In this document: positions 11,028-18,895 of the stretch, in pieces | Layout: each line of letters opens with the position of its first letter | Numbering within the stretch: the stretch's first letter is position 1 | From: an uncultured Gammaproteobacteria bacterium | GTDB taxonomy: Bacteria > Patescibacteriota > Patescibacteriia > CAZGFX01 | Length of the DNA: 64,000 nt | Assembly (NCBI GenBank): GCA_964524845.1 | Contig: CAZGFX010000001.1 | Location: forward strand, 75,823-139,822 | Direction: 5' to 3' | Notes under the pieces: model-generated | Told to the model about the DNA's origin: nothing | What the model saw: the letters and a program-made list of their open reading frames with translations, nothing else | Database searches by the model: none | Made by a program: the position numbers and the translations under genes

Positions 11028-11158
11028 ATAATTTAAATGATTAAATACACAAAAAGTATACTCGCTTTCCAAAATTATTCAAACAAAAAACTTACTAGAA
11101 CCTACATCTCCTCCCTCAAAAAAGTATTCGGGACGTGTTTTTGAGCTACTTTGAGAAA
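10933..11158. repeat. direct repeat copy 2 (partner of 9568..9785)
   Basis: Same sequence as copy 1. It covers the 5' end of SBP paralog 2, the intergenic region and the authentic 3' end of nrdG. Confidence 0.85.
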
Positions 11159-11797
11159 TTCTTTCATCTCAGGTATTGAAAAAGATCGCGCATCTTTAAG
11201 CTCATCATTCAAAATCTTGGTCGATTTAAAATTTTGTAAATAATACTCTCTGGCTCCAGTTATCAGTCGCGCCATTTTTTCAACGCTGTCGTGTGTATGT
11301 ATACCCGGAACAAGTGTTGATCTAAATTCATACGGAACAACTCCTTTTAATAACAATGAGATGCTTTTTTTTAATAAATCAGAAGACCCTTTGTTGCCAG
11401 TTACATTTTCATATTCGTCTATGGGTGCTTTTATATCCATAGCGACGTAATCAATAAGATTCTCATCGATAAGTTTTTGTAAAACATCAGGAAATGTGCC
11501 ATTCGTATCAAGTTTTACCATGAATCCCATTTTTTTTATACGCGAAATAAAAGGAACTATGTCCTTATGAATTAATGGCTCTCCTCCACTTATAACGACT
11601 TGCAGCTTCCCGATTCTAGAATTAAGAAACTGCCACACTCCTTCCTCGTCAATCGTCGGTAAAAACCGATCTGGATCAACGAGCTCAGGATTATGGCAGT
11701 ATTTGCATCGAAAATTACATCCTTGTAAAAATATAATCGCCGCGGACTCATTCGGATAATCGAGAAGGGAGTATCTTTGTAATCCCCCTATTCGCAT
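11102..11797 (-). CDS. nrdG: anaerobic ribonucleoside-triphosphate reductase activating protein (radical SAM) NrdG
   Basis: CNFRCKYCHNPEL radical SAM motif. Lies immediately downstream of nrdD. Confidence 0.85.
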   Translation of the reverse strand: MRIGGLQRYSLLDYPNESAAIIFLQGCNFRCKYCHNPELVDPDRFLPTIDEEGVWQFLNSRIGKLQVVISGGEPLIHKDIVPFISRIKKMGFMVKLDTNGTFPDVLQKLIDENLIDYVAMDIKAPIDEYENVTGNKGSSDLLKKSISLLLKGVVPYEFRSTLVPGIHTHDSVEKMARLITGAREYYLQNFKSTKILNDELKDARSFSIPEMKEFLKVAQKHVPNTFLREEM

Positions 11798-11800
11798 AGA

Positions 11801-11998
11801 TTATGAATTAGAACAACAAGAACAAGTTGCGCAAGAATCTTCTGATAATTGTTTATCGTATGTAACTCGAAGTTTAAATTCGCCTTGTTTTCCAACGTGC
11901 CATTGTTGTACCGGACGAATATATCCGACTACTCTGCTGTATACTTCACAGCGTGTTCGTTGACGTGCTTGTGGTTTTTCTACCATATAGGTGTACAT
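11801..11998 (-). CDS. stand-alone glycyl-radical domain of class III RNR (C-terminal NrdD fragment encoded as a separate ORF)
   Basis: RCEVYSRVVGYIRPVQQWHVGKQGEFKLR matches the NrdD C-terminal glycyl-radical motif (RVxGY...W..GK..EF). The 65-aa frame has an internal ATG giving 51 aa. It sits 14 nt after the nrdD body stop and 3 nt before nrdG. Confidence 0.6.
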   Translation of the reverse strand: MYTYMVEKPQARQRTRCEVYSRVVGYIRPVQQWHVGKQGEFKLRVTYDKQLSEDSCATCSCCSNS

Positions 11999-12012
11999 AG
12001 GTTATTAATTTT

Positions 12013-14070
12013 TTATGCGGTCGCTTTCAATATCGCTTCTTGACGTTCTTCTGTCGCTATCTCTTCATCACACAAAGGACAGTATTCGTGTTCTCCGTTT
12101 ATGTATCCATGATGCGGGCAAACCGAAAATGTAGGTGTGATAGAGAAATATGGCAAATGATATTTATGTGCGATCGTATGAACTAGTTTCTTCGTTGCTT
12201 CTGCGCTTGGCATTCGCTCTCCAAGAAATATATGGAGCACGGTACCACCTGTATACTTGGTTTGAAGCTTATCCTGAAGATCAAGTGCTTCAAATACATC
12301 ATCGGTATAATTAACCGGGAGTTGTGTAGAGTTTGTGTAGAAAGGTTCTCTTCCTTTTTCTCCTTTACGAACCACTTCATCCGCGGTAATAATATCCGAG
12401 TAACTTTCTTTGTCTATCTTTGCTAAACGATATGATATTCCTTCTCCTGGTGTCGCCTCTAGATTAAACATCTGGCCAGTTTCTTCTTGGTATTGTTGTA
12501 TGACTTCTCTCATGTAATTAAGAATATCCTCAGCAAACAACTGTCCTTTTTCAGTACCAATAGATTCTTCCAGACCAAATAGATTGGCAATTGCCTCGTT
12601 CATACCAATAATTCCAATCGTATTAAAATGGTTTGCCCAATATTCCTCAAATCTCTTGTATACATCAGAAAGATAAAATCTACTATAAGGAAACAATCCA
12701 TTTTGTGTCAATCTTTCAATCAGTTTGCGCTTTATTAGAAGAGATTCTTTTGCTAAATCCATCATTGTCTTCAAAGCTGTCTTGAAATCTTCTTCTGTTT
12801 TAGACTTATATGCTAAACGTGGTAAATTGATTGTTACAACACCAACAGACCCTGTAAGAGGACTTGCTCCGAAAAGACCTCCTCCTCTTTTACGAAGTTC
12901 ACGATTATCTAGACGCAATCTACAACACATGCTTCGTGCATCTTCTGGACTCATGTCGCTATTCACATAATTTGCAAAATACGGAATTCCATACTTCGCA
13001 GTCATGTCCATAAGTTTGTTTACAATTGGACGATCCCAATCAAAGTCTTTCGTGATGTTGTATGTCGGTATAGGGAATGTAAATACACGACCCTTCGCGT
13101 CCCCTTTCATCATCACCTCGGCAAAAGCTTCGTTGATCATATCCATCTCATTCTGAAAATCCTTGTATTGTTTATCCTTTACCTCTCCGCCAATTACAAC
13201 ATACTCATCGGCCTGGTTTGAAGGAACGATCAGATCCATAGTAATGTTCGTGAACGGAGTTTGAAATCCTACGCGTGTTGATACATTTAGATTGAATATA
13301 AACTCTTGCATGGCCTGAAGCACTTGCTTGTATGTTAATTGATCATAATAAACATACGGGGCAAGAAGCGTATCAAAATTTGAAAACGCCTGAGCTCCAG
13401 CAGCCTCTCCTTGAAGCGTGAAAAAGAAGTTTACTACCTGTCCTAATGCGCTTCTGAAATGTTTTGCAGGACCACTCTCAATCTTTCCGGGAACACCTGT
13501 GATACCAGTGTGCAACAAAGCTTTAAGATCCCATCCACAACAATAAGGAGCAAGCATTCCTAGATCATGAATATGCATATCGGCATTTTCATGCGCCTCG
13601 CGAATTTCTTTTGGATAAACATTAGTAAGCCAATACCTGCTTGTCATAGCCGAGAAGATGTAAAAATTCATCCCTTGTAGAGAATAGGCCATGTTGCTGT
13701 TTTCCTTGACCATCCAATCATTCAGGTTTATATACTGGTCAATTAGTGTCTCAAGAGCAAAAAGTTTTTTCATCTCTCGCATGCGCGAATGCTGATCTCT
13801 ATACAAGATGTATGATTTGGCAACAGAATACAACCTCTCGGACATAAGATATTTTTCCACCATATCTTGAATATCCTCAATTTGAGGAGCTGTATCGTTT
13901 GAAAAAAACCTCTCTTGTATTTCGTCAACGACCGACTTCACTACCTTGAGTAATGACACCGTGTCGTCATTGTGCACAGATTCAGCTGCGCGAAATACTG
14001 CCGCATATATTTTTGCCGAATCAAACTTTTCATGTCTTCCATCACGCTTTATGACAAATGTATGTTCCAT
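12013..14070 (-). CDS. nrdD: anaerobic ribonucleoside-triphosphate reductase NrdD, catalytic body (lacks the glycyl-radical motif)
   Basis: N-terminal ATP-cone (VIKRDGRHEKFDSAKIYAAV). Conserved class III RNR core. C-terminal CPHHGY...CPLC zinc-ribbon-like segment. No RVxGY motif anywhere in this ORF. Confidence 0.9.
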   Translation of the reverse strand: MEHTFVIKRDGRHEKFDSAKIYAAVFRAAESVHNDDTVSLLKVVKSVVDEIQERFFSNDTAPQIEDIQDMVEKYLMSERLYSVAKSYILYRDQHSRMREMKKLFALETLIDQYINLNDWMVKENSNMAYSLQGMNFYIFSAMTSRYWLTNVYPKEIREAHENADMHIHDLGMLAPYCCGWDLKALLHTGITGVPGKIESGPAKHFRSALGQVVNFFFTLQGEAAGAQAFSNFDTLLAPYVYYDQLTYKQVLQAMQEFIFNLNVSTRVGFQTPFTNITMDLIVPSNQADEYVVIGGEVKDKQYKDFQNEMDMINEAFAEVMMKGDAKGRVFTFPIPTYNITKDFDWDRPIVNKLMDMTAKYGIPYFANYVNSDMSPEDARSMCCRLRLDNRELRKRGGGLFGASPLTGSVGVVTINLPRLAYKSKTEEDFKTALKTMMDLAKESLLIKRKLIERLTQNGLFPYSRFYLSDVYKRFEEYWANHFNTIGIIGMNEAIANLFGLEESIGTEKGQLFAEDILNYMREVIQQYQEETGQMFNLEATPGEGISYRLAKIDKESYSDIITADEVVRKGEKGREPFYTNSTQLPVNYTDDVFEALDLQDKLQTKYTGGTVLHIFLGERMPSAEATKKLVHTIAHKYHLPYFSITPTFSVCPHHGYINGEHEYCPLCDEEIATEERQEAILKATA

Positions 14071-14095
14071 AGATTTTGCAACTAAAATAGTAACC

Positions 14096-14123
14096 CATTC
14101 TATATAAGAATGTGTATATACAC
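14096..14123 (-). promoter_or_regulatory. two adjacent AT-rich palindromes 26-53 nt upstream of the nrdD start (candidate promoter/operator)
   Basis: ATTCTATATAAGAAT (14096-14110) and the perfect palindrome GTGTATATACAC (14112-14123). Function not established. Confidence 0.25.
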
Positions 14124-14488
14124 GAACGAGAACTGTATTGAGCAGTATCGGCAGGATGCGCGTAATACTACCTAATCGTTTATCCGCCGTTCACACGGAT
14201 ACCGATAACACATGGGTTTATAGGGGCACAAAACCCCTGACAGAGCAAAACGAGATTTGTTTGTTGTATACGTTGTATACTAAAGACGACACATGCTTCT
14301 CCTACCATACCCTGACGCGAAGCATACACCGAGCAAATCGCTCATGCTCTCTCATGCTGTTTCGTATATCCTTTTTAAGGATATCACACTCAGAAAAATA
14401 TTTCTGTGCATAACATCGTCACAACACGAGCTCGGCATAAATACTTGCATATTAGAACACAATGCTTTATAGTAACAAAGGATAAAAA

Positions 14489-15004
14489 TTGGTTATGGGT
14501 ATACGAAAAATTACGTTATATATTTTTGCTTTTTTTGGAGGTTTTTTTCCTTTTTTTGCACACGCAATTTGTCCTGTCTGCACCGTTGCAGTGGGGTTTG
14601 GAATAGGCCTTTCTAGGTGGCTTGGTATTGATGACACAATAAGTGGCATATGGGTTGGAGCACTTGCAGTATCAATAAGTGCATGGAGCATTAATGTCTT
14701 ACGTAAGCGAAATATAAAGTTCTTTGGTATGCCTTTTGTTACTTATGTTGTTTGGTACGCAATGATTATTATTCCTCTATGGTATTATGATATTATAGGT
14801 CATCCACTAAACTCAATCTGGGGTATTGATAAACTTATTATTGGAATAATCGCAGGAACAATTGTGTTTGCGCTCGCTGTATTTCTTTATGAATATCTCA
14901 AGAAAAAAAATAATGGACGAGCACATTTTCCTTTTCAAAAAGTTGTAATTCCAATAGTTGTTCTAGGAATCACCAGTGGAATTTTTTATTTTATAACTCG
15001 TTAG
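14489..15004 (+). CDS. integral membrane protein, hypothetical
   Basis: Four to five hydrophobic segments. The start may be at 14496 (MGIRK). Confidence 0.45.
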   Translation: MVMGIRKITLYIFAFFGGFFPFFAHAICPVCTVAVGFGIGLSRWLGIDDTISGIWVGALAVSISAWSINVLRKRNIKFFGMPFVTYVVWYAMIIIPLWYYDIIGHPLNSIWGIDKLIIGIIAGTIVFALAVFLYEYLKKKNNGRAHFPFQKVVIPIVVLGITSGIFYFITR

Positions 15005-15018
15005 CATTTTAAAAATAT

Positions 15019-15588
15019 ATGACTACAAATCCATTCAAAGATTTAAATGAGTTTGTTGAAAAAATAGACTCGATGAAAAAACAAGACAAGATGGATCTAT
15101 CATCTGATCAAGATCTCTCTATAGCAATAATGAATCTTATAAGTATTGAGGAGCATTTTTTCTTTACAGGAGCGAAAACAGGAAAGGATGAGTATTATGA
15201 TCTTATTAACGAGGTACGTTCAATGCGCAAGGATCTTCTTAAACGCATTATAAAAGAATACGAAGGAGAGGTCTGGTGTATATCAAAACATCTGCTTGCC
15301 GCATCTATGCGACTCATGGAAGTTGGCACCAAACAACTTGGTGCAGGAAAAAAAGAAGAGGCGTATGATCTTTTCGAAAAAGCATTCAATCTTTATTCTT
15401 TGTTTTGGGGCATGGCACTCAAGATAATCGATACAAAAGGTATCAAAAAAATACAAGACGATGAACTATTCGCCGAAAAAAACAAGGAAAACGACACGGT
15501 ACTCTCAGAAAATAACGAAAATCCGCAAGGAATTACAAAAAAACTAGGCGCGCTTGTTAAGAAAATTATTGATTGTTGTATAGAATAA
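15019..15588 (+). CDS. hypothetical protein
   Basis: 189-aa ORF with no recognisable motif. Followed by a terminator. Confidence 0.4.
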   Translation: MTTNPFKDLNEFVEKIDSMKKQDKMDLSSDQDLSIAIMNLISIEEHFFFTGAKTGKDEYYDLINEVRSMRKDLLKRIIKEYEGEVWCISKHLLAASMRLMEVGTKQLGAGKKEEAYDLFEKAFNLYSLFWGMALKIIDTKGIKKIQDDELFAEKNKENDTVLSENNENPQGITKKLGALVKKIIDCCIE

Positions 15589-15620
15589 GGCTATTGATCA
15601 AATTTTTATAAAAAAACAAA

Positions 15621-15650
15621 AACGCTCCGCATTTGGCGGAACGTTTTTGC
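15621..15650 (+). terminator. rho-independent terminator
   Basis: AACGCTCCGC-attt-GGCGGAACGTT hairpin followed by TTTTT. Confidence 0.5.
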
Positions 15651-16398
15651 AATTACATGATGATACAACCCGATGTTCATCATATAACATATCGCGTGAG
15701 TCGTTACTCATTAATAATCAAGGATTTCTCCTGAGAAAACGCGATCATTATAAATTAAAAGAGCTATACAAGCGCGGAACAATGGCCTGATATAAACTAT
15801 GAGTAGTCCGAGACACATCATAGCAACACAGTGCAAGAACGTATGAACACAATGCATGGAAGTGTTCATTCATTCACCTTACTCCGCACATCACACAATC
15901 AATATCAGACCAGTTATCCCAACTAGAATTAGGCATGCGCATATTCGAGAATTCGTACGAGTACGAGATCGTGTGGATTTTTCCACCGCCCCACTCTGTA
16001 ACGAACACATATTAATTGCGCATAATGCCTTTTGTTTGCGCGAGCGACGTCTTTTTACGACAAACACTCGTGCACCGAGATATCCTGGCATATGGGTTTG
16101 TTAACAGGATTTTAATATACCCACATACGAAAAAGAATTAAACGGCGTTTTACACCATTAATCTATTCGTAATTTTATGTTTCAAGGAACAATAATTAGC
16201 GGGTATAGAACCCCTCTCCTTTGGAGTAGGTTCAATATAATGATAACACATTTGTGAAAGAAAGACAACTATGTTGTACAATAATAGCTGTAACCAGCCA
16301 TTTCTACTATTGTGGATAACTTTTTTTTTATTTAATGAAACAATAAGTTTATTTCAAAAATCCCTTTTTTGAGCAAGAAAAAACCATTTTAAAAATAC

Positions 16399-17574
16399 TT
16401 ATATCAAAATATCACGCACCATGCGACACATTCCGAGTGCTGTACCATCATATACCTCGTGTTCTCGAACAGGATATGAGGCTTTTTCTCGATGAAGCTC
16501 TGTAATCATATGATCGGCTGATATTCCTCCATCAACAACTAGTTTGGTTATTTGATAAGGAAGTTTATCTAAGTATTCTCTTGCTGATTTGTATAATAAA
16601 CTTTTCATTTCAAACAAAGCTTTTTCATCAGAACTAACAGAGTTTATCTCAGCCGCTCCTTTGTGAATTGCGAATTCCAAGGCATAAAAAGGTTTTTCAA
16701 AAGGATGGGCTGTAAGTGTAGTTAAAAACGGTTCATGAAGATGAAACTTATCTCCGATAATTTCCATAATGAACGTGCCTGTTCCATATGTTACCTTCGT
16801 TGTTCCAATTTCTTTTCCAGCGGCATATAAACTCGCTTGCTGATCTCCACATATAGCTATCAGAGGAATCGATGCGCCAAGAATTTCTTTACTTATCGTC
16901 CCGAATGGACCTGAGCACGGTACTGGTTTAGATAAAACTTTTTTTTGTATTCCAAATATATTACACAGTTCATCATCCCAATCACACGCATGAATATTGA
17001 AAAGAAGTGTTCGACTTGCATTAGTATAATCCGTCACATATGGATGACCATCACACATATTCCACGCTATCCATGTATCAACGGTTCCTATTTGTAATGA
17101 ATCATTTTCCATGGCACGGCGCGCGTCAGGAACGTTGGATAATATCCAGTTCATTTTTGACGCGGAAAAATATGGGATAATCGGAAGCCCCGTCTTCTCA
17201 CTGACGCGCGCCGTATGATTTCGAGCATACTCATCACAAAAATCTTTCGTACGAGTATCTTTCCAGAGAATCGCAGGATAAAATGGTTTTCCTGTATGCT
17301 TATCCCACGCAACAACCGTCTCTCTTTGTGTTGTAATTCCCATTCCAACAATATCAGAAGTGGTAATTCCAGCTGCTTCGACAGCTTCTCGAATAACTTT
17401 TTTTGATGCTGTGATAATTAGAAGTGGATCTTGTTCTCGTATATCATTTCCAACGAGTTTTGTTTCCATTAAAAACTGGGATCTTCCACATATGGTTTCT
17501 GCCATATCAAACACAAAAGCCTTGATATTTGTCGTACCAACATCAAGAATGAGTATGTGTTTGGGTTTCTCCAT
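16399..17574 (-). CDS. glpK: glycerol kinase-like FGGY sugar kinase (shortened C-terminus)
   Basis: Strong collinear similarity to GlpK: ILILDVGTTN, TDYTNASRTLLFNIH..DWDD, GDQQASLYAAG, TYGTGTF. The start is moved to the ATG at 17574 (MEKPKH) so it does not overlap gpsA. Confidence 0.7.
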   Translation of the reverse strand: MEKPKHILILDVGTTNIKAFVFDMAETICGRSQFLMETKLVGNDIREQDPLLIITASKKVIREAVEAAGITTSDIVGMGITTQRETVVAWDKHTGKPFYPAILWKDTRTKDFCDEYARNHTARVSEKTGLPIIPYFSASKMNWILSNVPDARRAMENDSLQIGTVDTWIAWNMCDGHPYVTDYTNASRTLLFNIHACDWDDELCNIFGIQKKVLSKPVPCSGPFGTISKEILGASIPLIAICGDQQASLYAAGKEIGTTKVTYGTGTFIMEIIGDKFHLHEPFLTTLTAHPFEKPFYALEFAIHKGAAEINSVSSDEKALFEMKSLLYKSAREYLDKLPYQITKLVVDGGISADHMITELHREKASYPVREHEVYDGTALGMCRMVRDILI

Positions 17575-17584
17575 ACAATATAAA

Positions 17585-18490
17585 TTATATATATTGCTTA
17601 AATGCATCTTCTGCTTTAACCCCATCAACAACAACGGCGTTTATCATCCTAAGCACAGGATACTTATCAATGGATTTCTCAATAAGTAAACGAACGGATG
17701 AAATAGAGACCAACCCCTCTCCTTTTACAGAACACTTACCTTTTTTCACAAACTCGTCTCCTATTTGTCTGTTTCTCGAATAAGGACTAAATCCTGTTGC
17801 TATGAAATCACCGAGACCCGCTACACCGAATATCTCGCTCGCACCATCAACAATCTCATCGGACAAATTAACCATTTCATGTATACAAGAACTGACCAAG
17901 GCTCCTTTTGTGTTTCCACTTACAGAAAGCCCCTCTGCGATCCCGAGTCCAACAGAATAAATATTTTTAAGAACACCGGCCAGTGCCACAGCGTGAACAT
18001 GTGAGGAATATGAAACCATAAGCTTTGTGTTTGAAAACAACTCTTCAAGTTCGTGATATACTTTCCTATCGTGTGTCGCGACAACAGCATATCCTCTCAT
18101 ATCCTGCATTAATTCCTCAGCAAGCATTGGTCCGCTTAAAAGAGCATATTGGTTTTTTGAAGAAACAACTTCGTCTAATATATCATCGGAAAACATATGT
18201 GTTGATTCTTCAACTCCTTTTGATAAAGACACTATTATTGCTCCTTTCTTTATATGAGGAATACTTAATGTTAATGCTGACCTCAAAGCCCAAGAAGGAA
18301 CACAGAAAAATATACAATCAGCTTCTTTTAATAATTCTTCAAATGGTCTGTCTGTACGTGTTTTTACTGGATCATGATCATATATTGTAATTGAACAACC
18401 ACCACCAGTACACTCTTTCTTTGAGTGAAGCACGTGATCTATGGCAGTTCCAATCTCTCCTCCTCCTATAATAAGAATTGTTTTTATCAT
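17585..18490 (-). CDS. gpsA: NAD(P)H-dependent glycerol-3-phosphate dehydrogenase GpsA
   Basis: Rossmann start ILIIGGGEIGTA and overall GpsA-like sequence, including the characteristic SGP segment. Confidence 0.8.
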   Translation of the reverse strand: MIKTILIIGGGEIGTAIDHVLHSKKECTGGGCSITIYDHDPVKTRTDRPFEELLKEADCIFFCVPSWALRSALTLSIPHIKKGAIIVSLSKGVEESTHMFSDDILDEVVSSKNQYALLSGPMLAEELMQDMRGYAVVATHDRKVYHELEELFSNTKLMVSYSSHVHAVALAGVLKNIYSVGLGIAEGLSVSGNTKGALVSSCIHEMVNLSDEIVDGASEIFGVAGLGDFIATGFSPYSRNRQIGDEFVKKGKCSVKGEGLVSISSVRLLIEKSIDKYPVLRMINAVVVDGVKAEDAFKQYI

Positions 18491-18565
18491 AAATTAAATC
18501 ACATGCATATATTATAGCATATAAATCAGAAAAATTGATTTGGCACGACAATTTTTATGTCTTAA

Positions 18566-18745
18566 TTACCTTTTGCTATGACAATGATATTGCCCATACT
18601 TAAACCCCCAGTGTTTACAATTTGTTTTGCATGTATGACAACCATATTTATTAGTTCTTCCTGGATGAGCCGAAGCAAATCCAACAAAACTGAAAAGTAT
18701 AAAAAGTACCATGAAGCCGGTTATAAATTTTATGTGTTTTGCCAT
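18566..18745 (-). CDS. small secreted His/Cys-rich protein (59 aa, YHYH-like motif), not in the ORF track
   Basis: Minus-strand ORF MAKHIKFITGFMVLFILFSFVGFASA|HPGRTNKYGCHTCKTNCKHWGFKYGQYHCHSKR has a clear signal peptide and a metal-binding-like C/H pattern. No obvious SD. Confidence 0.45.
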   Translation of the reverse strand: MAKHIKFITGFMVLFILFSFVGFASAHPGRTNKYGCHTCKTNCKHWGFKYGQYHCHSKR

Positions 18746-18895
18746 GATATTAGGTTACAAAATTATTGTAATTAATATATTAAAATATATTTTTGATTTA
18801 TAATCAATCATAAAAAATCAAAAACATTTTACCATATTATCATCTTCTCATAATTATGATTATCTTAAAAATTTTACACATTTTTTTATTATTGA

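Noticed and set aside
14096-14123. NrdR box upstream of nrdD
   Set aside because: The palindrome is GTGT-ATAT-ACAC, whereas the NrdR consensus is ACAC...GTGT. No second box at ~31-bp spacing was seen. It is reported only as an unspecific palindrome.
14071-14490. Cobalamin riboswitch in the nrdD leader
   Set aside because: No B12-box (GCCACUG-containing) core could be located. Only generic hairpins are present.
15780-15840. Possible RNase P RNA (CR-I-like AGUCCGAG...CAUAG...CAGUGCAA)
   Set aside because: Only one conserved block resembles RNase P. No complementary P4 strand, no GGUGAAA/GUAAGAGCGCACC elements and no P1 closing helix could be found on either strand. It is kept only as a remark inside the ncRNA-candidate finding.
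15856-16104. 82-aa and 66-aa overlapping ORFs in the GC-rich intergenic region
   Set aside because: They have no SD, no motif and Arg-rich low-complexity translation typical of GC-rich non-coding sequence. The region is treated as a candidate RNA locus instead.
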